From: Cyanophora paradoxa CCMP329 | Taxonomy: Eukaryota; Plantae; Glaucophyta | Assembly (NCBI GenBank): GCA_004431415.1 | Contig: QPMI01000296.1 | Location: forward strand, 1 to 45,496 | Length of the DNA: 45,496 nucleotides | Reading direction: 5' to 3' | Shown: piece by piece, positions 12,901 to 22,300 of the stretch | Numbering within the stretch: position 1 is the first letter of the stretch | Layout: every line of letters starts with the position of its first letter | Program-made: the position numbers and the translations under genes | The notes under the pieces: model-generated | Seen by the model: the letters and a program-made list of their open reading frames with translations, nothing else | Database searches by the model: none | Told to the model about the DNA's origin: nothing

Positions 12901-13287
12901 TTTTCATTCGAAGACGAAGCCACACCTGCTCCTTCTCCAGCTTCTCCTGCTGCCCCTCGAGCTTCGAAAAGGAGATCGGCGTCAAGGAGATCGAATCCAA
13001 AGCGCGGGCGTCGCATTCAAAAAGAACCTTCTCTTCGAGCTTCTCCTTCTCCTCCTTCGAATCGGTATTCTCCTGCGCCAGCAATTGCAAGCGCGCCCAC
13101 GTCGGCGGCTGCGCGCCTCCTCGGGGCGTCGCGGGGCGCGGCGGCGGACCAATTTCTTCTCGGTTTCCTTGATTTCGTTGGACAGGTTGGAGATGCCCGA
13201 CGAGGCCTGCTGAAGTATCGCCTGCGTTTGCTGAACAGCCTCGACGATTTGCTGAGCCGCGGCTTGAGCGCTAGGTGCAGCTCCCAT
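6966..13287 (-). CDS. Large acidic Glu/Ala/Asp-rich, probably coiled-coil, internally repetitive protein of unknown function; many micro-exons; possible N-myristoylation
   Basis: Starts MGAAPSAQAAAQQIVEAVQQTQAILQQASSGISNLSNEIKETEKKL (ATG 13287). Repeated exons encode PAEQVEDLKEEVADTTEAINETQ / ADIQDITQDIQ / ETTEQLENADTTEEKEALEEK / LEEKTEELEQAEEKLE / EHTETLEDLKEEAADIAADTSSPAVV / EETVGDIVDAIEEQQADVAAT, each flanked by GT..AG. Ends AELDALDFE-TAG at 6966-6968. Confidence 0.8.
8025..12200 (-). repeat. Intragenic tandem duplication: about 4 copies of a ~1.1-1.2-kb multi-exon cassette, including introns
   Basis: Marker CTCCTGCGCCCCCGAG(C/A)GCGTCGGCGGCCCCGCG recurs at ~8025, ~9133, ~10210 and ~11431 (variant). 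Copies nearer 8-11 kb are nearly identical even in introns; the copy at 11.4-12.2 kb is more diverged. Confidence 0.9.
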
Positions 13288-13479
13288 GATGCGGATACGT
13301 AGCTGCCTGCGCGCGCAGCTCCTCGTGAGACGATCGGCGATGCGCGCCTGCGAAGCACGCGCGCCAGCTAAGCACGCGTACGCGCAAGCTACGAATCCAA
13401 ACCTTAGACGAGAGGGTCTTTCGGAAGGTGCGTCGCTCTTCCGGCGAACTGTTATGCGATTAGCTCGGCGCCGCGAGGC

Positions 13480-14215
13480 CTAAGCTTAGGAGTACGGATC
13501 GTACGGTACGACTACCGTAGTAGTAAGCTCGCAGGAGTCGCAGCCGCAGCCTGCGGCCTGCAGTGTGGATCTAGCCGGATCGGAGCCTCTGCAAAACGAA
13601 ATTTAATCTTCTTGCCTACTAGACTGGTACTAGTGGCCTAACAATCATTGAATCTCCAGGAGGGTAGTAGTACGGATCGGACTGTACGGTAGTAACGGTA
13701 GTACTAGTAACGGTACGAAATTACTAGTACTACAAATGCCAGTTTGCCACTGCGCATGCCAGCTGCAGTTCTCTGTGGTACTACTAGTCTACTACTAGTA
13801 CCGGCGGTACGTATATACCGGGCGGTACCGCTCTACGGTATGCGTACAGTACTACTATAGTAGTACCGTAGTAGTACGTATACGTTGCGACGGTACGATA
13901 GTACCAAGCGATTCAGCACCGCTGCTCCGCGGGCCCCTGTCACAGGCTGTCTGACGCTGTCAGGTCTAGAGGAGCCTACTACTAGCCTAGTACTAGGCTG
14001 CGTGTGGTACCGACTACTGGGAGTCGAAAAGCGTTCGATGAATCAGAAACGATTCGAATCCTCCTGCTCGCAGTACAACCCGACTCGAAGCCAAAAAAAC
14101 GAGAAAACGAAAGAGAATTGGCAACTTGAGCAAAAAAGCACCGGGGTACGGTATTCGACGTCACCTCGCTACTGGGTAGCTCCGCTAGCCTACCGGTAGC
14201 CTAGCGGTAGGCTGT
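13480..14215. repeat. Low-complexity tract of nested TA-flanked micro-palindromes (TAGTA, TACGTA, TACGGTA, TACCGTA, TACAGTA, ACTAGT); resembles piled-up Tc1/mariner-type excision footprints
   Basis: For example gtacggtacgactaccgtagtagtaag (13501), actgtacggtagtaacggtagtactagtaacggtacg (13681), tacagtactactatagtagtaccgtagtagtacgtatacg (13845). Confidence 0.6.
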
Positions 14216-14277
14216 AGCCCCGCCCTGGCGGTGATGCACGGGGACGCACGGGTCACGCACCCCGCCGCCAAGGGAGC

Positions 14278-17081
14278 TCAGCGGAGCGGGGCGGGGGCCG
14301 CGGGGCGGAGGAGCTCGAGGGCGGCCTGGGCGGCAGCCTCGGGGCCGGCGCGGGGGGGCAGGCGTAGCGGCGCCGCCCCCTCCACGCGCAGGTACGCCGC
14401 CGCCACCGCTGCGCGGAAGGCGGCCTCCTCCTGCGCCGGCCGGGGCCGAGGCGGGGCCTCAGCAAGGGCCTCGCCGGGGCGCGGGGGCTTGGGGGCGGGC
14501 GGGGCGGACGGCGAGGCGGGCCTCCTCGGGGTGGCGCCCCCGCCCGCGCCAGCAGCCGCCTGCGCCGCTCCGCCTCGGGCAGCGCCAGCACCAGCACCCC
14601 GCCGGGCGCGGCAGGTCCCGCGGCCAGCGCAGGCCGCCCCGCCCCGCCCCCTGCCGGCCCCGCACGCTCTGGCGGGGGCCGGCGCGCTCGGGCGCGGGGC
14701 GCACGGGTCCGGCGCGGAGCTCGGCCTCGGCGGCCCCGTAGGCGGCGGTGGAGGGCCAGTAGCGGTCCATCACGCACGCGCGCCCCTCCGCCTGCACCGC
14801 CCGCGCCGCCCTGCCGCCCCGAGGGGCCCATCGGCCGGCGTCCGGCCCCGCGCGGGGCTCCGGCGGAGGCGGCACCGGCCGGCGGCATAGTTGCCGAGCG
14901 AGTAGAAGGCGCGCCGGGCGGTCCGATCGGCCCCGTCCAGCAGCGGGCGCACCTGCGCCTGGCTCGCCGGGCGTGGCGGCGGGACAGGGCGGGGCGGGGC
15001 GGGTGGGGCGGACGGGGGCGAGGGCCGGGGCGGGGTGGCGAGGAGGGCGGCCGGGGCGCGCTCCGCGAGGCGCCCGCCAGCGTCGACTTGCCGCTCCCGT
15101 CCAGCCCTGCCCCCGCCCCCGCCCTCGCCGTCGCAAGGCGCGCGCGGCGGGGGCGGCGGGCCGGGCGACCTTCCAGGACCCAGAAGGGGCGGCGGGCGCG
15201 GGAGGAGGGCGCCGAGGGAAGCGGCGGGTCGCCCGCCCAGCCGGCCGCCTCCTCCGTGCGGAAAGCCCGCTCCGCGTGCACGGCCGACGAGAGCGGCTGC
15301 GGGGGCGCTCGGGCGCGGCTGGCGGCGGGCGGGGCGGGAGGGCGGGGGCGGTGCGGGGCGGGCCCCGCGGGGTCGAGGCGGCGGGTCGCGGCGAAGGCGA
15401 GGAGCGCGTCGCAGGCGGCGTCGAAGCCCGCCGGCCCCGCCCCGCCGCCCCGCCGCCCCGCCCGCCCGCGCGAGCGAGGCGGAGGCGGGCCGGCGGAGGC
15501 TGCGGGGCCGGTCCAGCGGAGGGCGGCGGGCCCGGCGGGCGCGGCCGGGCGAGGTGGAGGGCGGCCCAGGCGACGAGGCGCGCCCCTGCGGGGAGCCGGC
15601 GAGGGCTGCTGCAACGCCCCTCTCCAGCGCCGCCTCCCCGGCGGCCCTGCGCCCCGCGCGTGAGGCGGCGCGGGGAGGGCGTGAGGGCGGGGCGCGCGTC
15701 GGGGCGGCGGCGGCGACGAAGCCGAGGGCCGCCGGCGCCGCCTCCCGCTCGATCGCCTCCGCCCGTACAGCGCTGCGCCGCCCCGCGCCCGTCGGCGGAG
15801 TGGGGCGGCCCGAGGCGCCCCGGCGCCCCGGCGCGGCCCGCACCGTGCACGGCGCCGCATGTGCGGAGGGCGAGCCGCACGGCGGCGGCGAGGCGGTTGC
15901 GGGCCTGCGCGGCGAGGGCCGCCCGCACCGGCGAGGCCGCCTGCGCGCAGCCGGCGCCGGTGTCAGCGTCGGGCGCCGGCGGCCGCGCGGCCGGCTCGGA
16001 GGGCGGCGCGCAACGGGGCCAAGGCGGCGTCCAGCTCCCACTCGTCGAGGGCCGGCGACGAGACCCAGACGACCAGGCAGAGGCAGCGCGCCCCGGGGCC
16101 CGCCCGCCGCCCCCGCGAGCTCGAGGCGAACGGTCGCCTCGCAGCCGGCGTGGGGATCCAGAAGCGGAAGGCGGCGGGGCCGGGGCCGCCGCCAGCGCCG
16201 GCGCAGCGGCTCGAGGCGCGGGAAGGTGCGCGGGCCGCAGTCGCCGCCGGCCGCCTTGGCCACCTGGCGGAGGACGGCGGTGCAGAGGTCGCCGGGGGCG
16301 ACGGCGCCGCCCGAGTCGAGCGGGCGAGGAGCACCAGCCGCGGAGGCGCGCCGCCAGGCGCCCCGCCACGAGCGCCGCCTCGTCGCCCACCCCGGCGAAC
16401 CACGCGGCGAGGAGCGCCCGCTCGGCGGCCGCCTCCCCGGCCCCCTTCTGTGTCAGCCTGCGCGGCGTCGGTGCCGCGCGGCCGGCGCGGGGCGCGGCGC
16501 TTTGGCTCGGACCTCTCGAGGGAAGCTTCAGAGTCGCACGCGAGCGGCACGATGAAGATGCGCACGCGGGCGTCGAGGCGGGCGATGTGCGCTTCCGCCG
16601 CGGCCTCCAGCGCCTCGGAGGCCCCGGGAGATCGGCAGATGGCGTAGCCCAAGTTGCCAATGTGCCACGTCTCGATGACACGCCGTCGCTCGCCCCTCCG
16701 GGCCTCGTCGCGCTCCGCCTCCTGCTCGAAGAGCCTCCACTCGAACTCGGGCTGCTCGCTGCGCGAAGAAAATTCACACAGGGTATTAACGGCATTCGCC
16801 CTCGCCCGCCGACGCGCGATCTCAAGTCTCGCGCACCAGAAGCCGAACGCGCCCGCGTCCCGCTCGAGCTCGCGCTCTCGCGCTTCGTCGCCGAGCTCCG
16901 CATCAAAAACCGCATGCGCATCCCACCGCGCAGCGAGCTCCTTCCCGAGCGTTGACTTGCCGGAGCTGAGCCCATGGCAGCTGGGATCAAATTGCGCGGT
17001 ACCCGGCGGCGCGCTTTATTCTTCGCACCCGTGGGCCCCGCACAGCACTATCCAGGTGCAGGCGTGCTCGTCGGACATCAT
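14278..17081 (-). CDS. Tandem double P-loop nucleotide kinase; C-terminal domain CMPK2/thymidylate-kinase-like, N-terminal domain a second NMP/deoxynucleoside-kinase-like P-loop
   Basis: Exon 1 MMSDEHACTWIVLCGAHG, intron 16966-17028, then SGKSTLGKELAARW...FEWRLFEQEAERDE...VIETWHIGNLGYAICRSP. Second domain FWVLEG|LDGSGKSTLA (~15080-15186), LLATPP, RRAFYSLGNYAA, VMDRYWPSTAAY (~14737-14772), WPRDLPRP, VLVLALPEAERRRRL, FRAAVAAAYLRV. These follow the CMPK2-type pattern EGLDATGKTT / RRAFYxxGNY / DRYWHSTAxY / WPxDLxxP. Stop TGA at 14278-14280. Confidence 0.85.
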
Positions 17082-17192
17082 AAACCACGCGCACCGCGCT
17101 GCTCGAGATTTCGGCTTCGACCGCAACTTCGACCGAATCCTCAGCTCGCACGCTCGGGGTCTCAAGCTCCTGCCAGACTGTGCCAGTGCGCA
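17082..17192. promoter_or_regulatory. Probable bidirectional promoter between the kinase (-) and CYTH (+) genes
   Basis: Only 111 bp separate the divergent ATGs at 17081 and 17193; contains a short TTCGAC/TTCGGC repeat. Confidence 0.55.
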
Positions 17193-18516
17193 ATGGCGTT
17201 CCTCGTCGCGGCGGGCGCCCTCCCGCGTGCGGCGCTGGCCTCTGCTGGCCATGGGATTGCCGGGCTCGAGCTCTGCGGGCAGCTGGGGGCCGCGGCCGGC
17301 GCTCGCGTCCGCGGCCGACGGCGGCGGGCGTTCGCGTCGGCGGCGGCAGCGGCTGCGGTCGCCTCGGTGGCGCCGCCGGCGAGGATCGAGGTGGAGCGGA
17401 AGTTCGCGGTCACGCCGGAGGACGAGGCGCGCGTGGAGCGCGCCCTGCGCCTCCGCTCTGAGAAGTCCTTCACGGGTGCCTGCGCGGTCGCGCCGCGCGG
17501 ACCTGCGCTGCCCGACGCCGGGGGCGGCGCGCGCCATGCGCAGACGTGTACTACGACGCGCCGGGCTTCCCGCTGACGAGGCGCGACGTCTGGCTCCGCG
17601 AGCGCTCCGGCGCCTGGGAGCTCAAGCGGCCCGCCCTCCTCCCCGGCGCCGGCGGCGAGGGCGGCGCGCCCGACGGCGTCGGTGCGGCTGCGCACGCTCC
17701 GGCGGACGCGGGGTCGCGCTCTGAGGGGCGCGCGGGCGGGCAGACCGGTACGAGGAGGTGGAGGGGAGGGCCCGTCGCCCGCGCCCTCGGCCTCGGTGCG
17801 CGCCGCGAGGCGGCCCCTCGCCCCGGCCCCCGCCCGCCCCGTCCGACCCGGCGGCGCGCAGCGCTGCCGCCGGCGGCCTCGCTCGCCGACGCGCTTCGCG
17901 GGAGGGCTACGAGGCCTTCGCCCGGTGCTCTCTCCGCGGCGCGCCGGCCGGCTCCCAGATGGCAGCTGAAGCGAGGCGGGGCGGGGGGGCAGGATCGGGA
18001 CGCGGCGGCGGAGCTTCGTGCCGCGGGCCGGCGAGGGCGAGGGGCCGGCGAGGGGAGGGGGGCCTCTCGGTGGTCGTCGACGCGATGGACTTCGGCTACC
18101 GCGTGCGGCCCCGCGCGCTCCGCACCCCGCGGGCCGCCAGGTCCGAGCCCCCGGGGCGCCGCAGATCCTGGAGATCGAGGTGATGGCGGAGGCCACCCCG
18201 CCGCCCTCGGTCCCGCCCGCCCCCCGCCCCCCGCCCCCCGCCCCTGCCCCCTCACCGCGCCCCGCCCCGGCAGCGCGGGCGGAGGGCCTCATCGACGCCT
18301 GCGCCCGCCGCCTCGGCCTCCGCCGGGGCCCGCCCCGGCAAGGTCTGCCCCGGGCCCCTCCAAGCGAGACGCCGCGTGCCTGGGGCCAGGGGCGCTGAGG
18401 GGGGGCGGGGCCAGGTGCTGGTGTACCTGGAGCGCTTCCGCCCGGCGCACCTCGCCGCCCTCCGCGACGCCGGCCTCCTCGCCTCCAAGCGCCTCCCGGA
18501 GGCTCAGGCACCCTGA
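17193..18516 (+). CDS. CYTH-domain (triphosphate tunnel metalloenzyme) protein, thiamine-triphosphatase-like, with an N-terminal organelle-targeting-like extension
   Basis: MAFLVAAGALPRAA... presequence, then IEVERKF (ExExK motif, 17385-17405), EKSFT|DVYYDAPGFPLTRRDVWLRERSGAWELK, DRYEEVEG, VVVDAMDFGY, ILEIEVMAE, GK|VLVYLERFRPAHLAALRDAGLL; TGA at 18514-18516. Confidence 0.88.
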
Positions 18517-18771
18517 CGAGCCCCTTAACCCCCCCCCCCCCCCCTCTCCCCCCTCCCCCTTCCCCCGCCATGGTGCCCCCTCCGGCCCTCCTGCCCCCGC
18601 CCCCGCCCGCCTGTCTTGCCCAAGCCGACTCCTCTCAACATCCGATTCTTAAAGAGCAGCGTGCGCATAGAAGACATGAGAAAGAGGATCAACGCTACGC
18701 TCAACACGTCGCGGCAGAGTGACAATTGGGTGATTCAGATACACATGCACAGCACTTCGAATTCAGTGAAG

Positions 18772-19056
18772 CTAAATAGCGTAGCTGCAGCTGACTCGGT
18801 GATAGTTGAATATAGCTTCCGCGAAGTTCAGCTTCCGCATGCCCGCCCCCGCCAGCGCCCGCAGCGCCGCGCGGGCCTCGTCGGCGTCCGCGACGGCGGA
18901 AGACTTCGACGTGTGGAAGCAGAAGCCGCAGCGGTAGTTGCACGCGCGCAGGAAGTGATAGTTCACGCTCAGCGGCTCCGGATCCACGCGTACGGCGCGC
19001 GGACTCTTATGCGCTGCGGGTGCGGCGGCCAAGCTCGAGTGGAGAGCCCGAGCCAT
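18772..19056 (-). pseudogene. RSAD2: Viperin (RSAD2-like) radical-SAM gene, 5' fragment only (94 codons, homology lost after KLNFA)
   Basis: MARALHSS...[28 protein letters not shown]...[20 protein letters not shown] matches the viperin hallmark SVNYHFTRxCNYxCGFCFHTAKTS...GMxKINFxGGEP; CxxxCxxC at 18919-18942. The GGEP and the rest of the barrel are absent, and an in-frame stop is at 18772-18774. Confidence 0.85.
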
Positions 19057-19353
19057 TTGATTGCTCGACTTCAGCTGCTGCGGAGCGCAGTGGGAGTGGT
19101 GCAGTGCTAGTTTCCAGAAGATCATTTTCGGGATCCGGCCGCGGATCCGCTAACGTGAACGTTCGCGAATGCGACGCTGTGACGCGCGCGCCTGTGCGGC
19201 TGTTATAATGCAGCGTAGACTAGATGTGCCGAAATGAGAGGCAGCGGCGGGCGCGAAGCACTGCGACGCTGGACGCGCTCAGTCGAAAGCTCGACCGAAA
19301 AAAACGCACAGTTTGGTGTACCCCAAGGCTTCGTGCCCCAAGGACTGCCCGCG

Positions 19354-22300
19354 ATGAGCACAGTGGAGAGGTTTTTGAACGAAACAAAGTACCGCGAATA
19401 CGCCCAGGAGCTGTCGCGGCCGGACAAGGCCAACGAGCGCGGCACGCAGCTCTACAAGTCGGGCAAGTTCGATGAGGCGGCGCAGGCGTACTCCCACGCC
19501 GGCGCCGTCAACTCGCGCATATGGAGCGGCGCGGGCGTTGCCGAGCGTGCGACCATCCTGTCGAACCGGTGCGCTCGATCGATCGAGCGCCCGAGCTCGA
19601 GGTCCGCAAAGCTGACGCACGAGCGCTTGCGCAGAGCCGCAGCGTACCTGAGCTCGAGAGGCGGCAGGCTCGAGGAGGCGGAGGCCGATGCGCGCGCGTC
19701 GTTGGAGCTGAGGCCGGGGAACGCGAAAGGTCCGCTAGCGCTTCGCGCAATTCGACGCGTACGTCGCTAGCTATATAGCGCTCCACGCGCGAGGGGCGCC
19801 GATCGCGGCCGATTGCTGGCCGACTGCAGGACTGTGGAGGCACGCGAAGACGCTGTACGCGCTGGGCCGCTTCGCGGAGGCGGCCGTGGCGTGCTCGAGC
19901 GCGGCCGCTGCGGACTCCTCGGCGCCCGCTAGCGCTAGCTATAGCGCTTACAGCCGCGGCCGCGAGGTCGCTCTGCGAGCCGCCGAGGCCGCCGCCGCCG
20001 CCCGGAAGCTGTGCGAGGAGGGGAGCGCGCTTTTCTCCCCCGAGGCAGGCCCTGCTCCCCCCGCGCCGCGCCGGGCTTTCGCGTGCGCGCTCAGCGACGC
20101 CGGCAGGCGCCCGAGGAGGCGCGGGAGGGCGCGGCGGCGCTGTACCGGCGGGCACTGGAGCTGAACCCGGCGGACATGGCGGCGGGGGCGGACCTGGCGG
20201 CAGCGCTGCTCTCCCTTCGCCGCCTCGCCGAATGCGCCGACCTTGCCCTCGCCGTCCGCCCCGCCGCCCCAGCGCCCGAAGCGCGCCCCGCCCGCCCCCC
20301 TCACCGCCCCGGGCGCTCGCAGGCGGCCTGCAGACCCTCGCTGGTGGCCTCGGAGAGCCGGCCGGCGGCGGCGAAGCTCTTCGTGCGGGCGGGGCTGGCG
20401 CTTGGGGCGCTGGGGCGGCCGATCGACGCCGCCGCCTCACTCCGCCTCGCCCTCGACTTCGCCCCCGGCCTCCGCGAGGCCGCCAGCCGGCTACGCGAGG
20501 CCGAGGCCAAGATGCAAGGGTCATGGGCCGGCGGGCCGGCCGGCGACGGGCGCTGGGAGGGCGGCGGGGCGGGCCTCGACGCGTGCGCGGCGCGGGTGGC
20601 GCAGCCGGCGGCCGGGGGCGCGCGCCTTTCGAATTACGTTGCGTTTGAGAACCACTACCTGCAGGTGCCGCCTGCCCGCCCCCGCCGCCCCGTGCCTCCC
20701 GCCCGCTGGCTCACGCGGGGCGCAGTACCCCTTCGGGAACACGGAGGCGCGGCCGGCGGCGTCGCGCGAGGAGCTCCTCCAGGCGAGTGCTCGCCCGCAA
20801 CGGCGTCGGCACCTGGAGCGCGCCGGGCCGGACCCGAGCCGGCGGGGCGCAGGCGGCAGCGGCCGGGGGCGGCGCCCCGTGGCTGTCCTCTTCGTCGGCG
20901 TGGGGGACGTGCGGAACGTGCTGCGGACCGCGCAGGAGGCGGCCGGGCCCGGCGCGCCCCGCCTCGCCTTCAGCCTCGTCGACGTCGACCGCTGCGTCCT
21001 CGCCCGGTGCGCCCCCGCCGACGCCGCCGCCGCCGCCGGGGCCGAGCAGCGCCGACGGGCGGCCACAGGGACGTGCTGCTGCTTGCGGCGGTCTCGGAGA
21101 TGCGCGAGCCGGCCCCCGAGGACCTCCGCTTCCTGTGGCGCGCCTGGTTCTGCCTCGAGATGCCCCCCGGCGAGCGGCGCCGCCTCAACACGGCCCTCGC
21201 CGCCCTCGCCGACGCCGCCGCCTCGCCGGCGGCCTGGCGCGCCTCGCCCTTCGGCGCCTGGCTCCGCGTTCCCTGCGACGGCGACCTCGCCCTCCTCCGC
21301 GAGGTCCCGCCGGCCCCGCCCCGCCTGCGAGCGCTGAGTCCCGCCCGACGCCGCCCGAGGCCAGGTCTGGGAGTACTGGCTCTCGCCGGCCGTGCCGCCG
21401 CTGGCGCACGTGCGGGTGCAGCGCCACTCCCACTCGCTCCGCATCTCCCAGCTCCACGACTCCGCCCGCTCCCGGCAGCAGGCCCGGCCCCGGCCGCCGC
21501 AGCGCGCAGGCTCACGGTCGCGGTGCAGGGCTGGAAGCCGGCGGAGCTGCGCACGCAAGACAGGAAGATCGGGGCGCGTGAGCAGGAGTGCCAGCGACGG
21601 GTGCAGCTCCTCGCGCCTGCCTTCGCCGACGTCGAGCGGGAGATGGCGGACTGGTGCGCTGGCGCCCCGCCACGCCCGGCCCCGCACAGCGCCCCCTCTT
21701 CCCCCCGCCGACCGGCCGGCCGGGCGCCGCCAGGTACCGCACGTGGTCCGCGGCGCCCGACGACGCCACGCGGGGCGGGGGCGGGCCCGGCAGCGGGCGG
21801 CCGGGGGCGGGGGCGGCGCTGAACCCGACGCTCGTGGCGCCGCCGCGGGGCCTCTGCCTGACCCACTACAGCCTGCACCCCTTCGGGGCCTTTGCGCCCG
21901 AGGACCTCGCGGCCTTCGCCGACGCCGCCGCCCCGCCCCGGGCCCTCGCCCTCGTCCCCGGCCCCGCCTCGGGCAAGCTCCTTTTCTGCCCTCCGCCCCC
22001 GGGCCCGCCGCACTGAGGCCGGCCGCGCAGGGGAGGCGGACGGGATCGAAGAGCCGCCCCCGCGGGAGCTCTGCAGGGCGACCCTGCGCCTCCTCGCGCA
22101 GGTCCCCGCGCGCGACCCCTCCTCCCGCTCCTCCCGCCCTGCCCGAGCGCCCGCGCTGCCGCCGCAGATGGTGGTCCCCTTTGCGGAGGCGGTCGCCGAC
22201 GGCCGCGCTTCTGTCGCCGCCTACGCCGCCGACGGCCTCCAGGCGCCACCCTTCTTCTCCCCGCGCAGCGCGCTCGGGGCTGACTGGGAGGCGGCAGCTG

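Noticed and set aside
18517-18819. Hidden intron rescuing the viperin reading frame
   Set aside because: No GT/GC donor at the break and no GGEP-encoding exon in the ~300 nt before the convergent CYTH gene.
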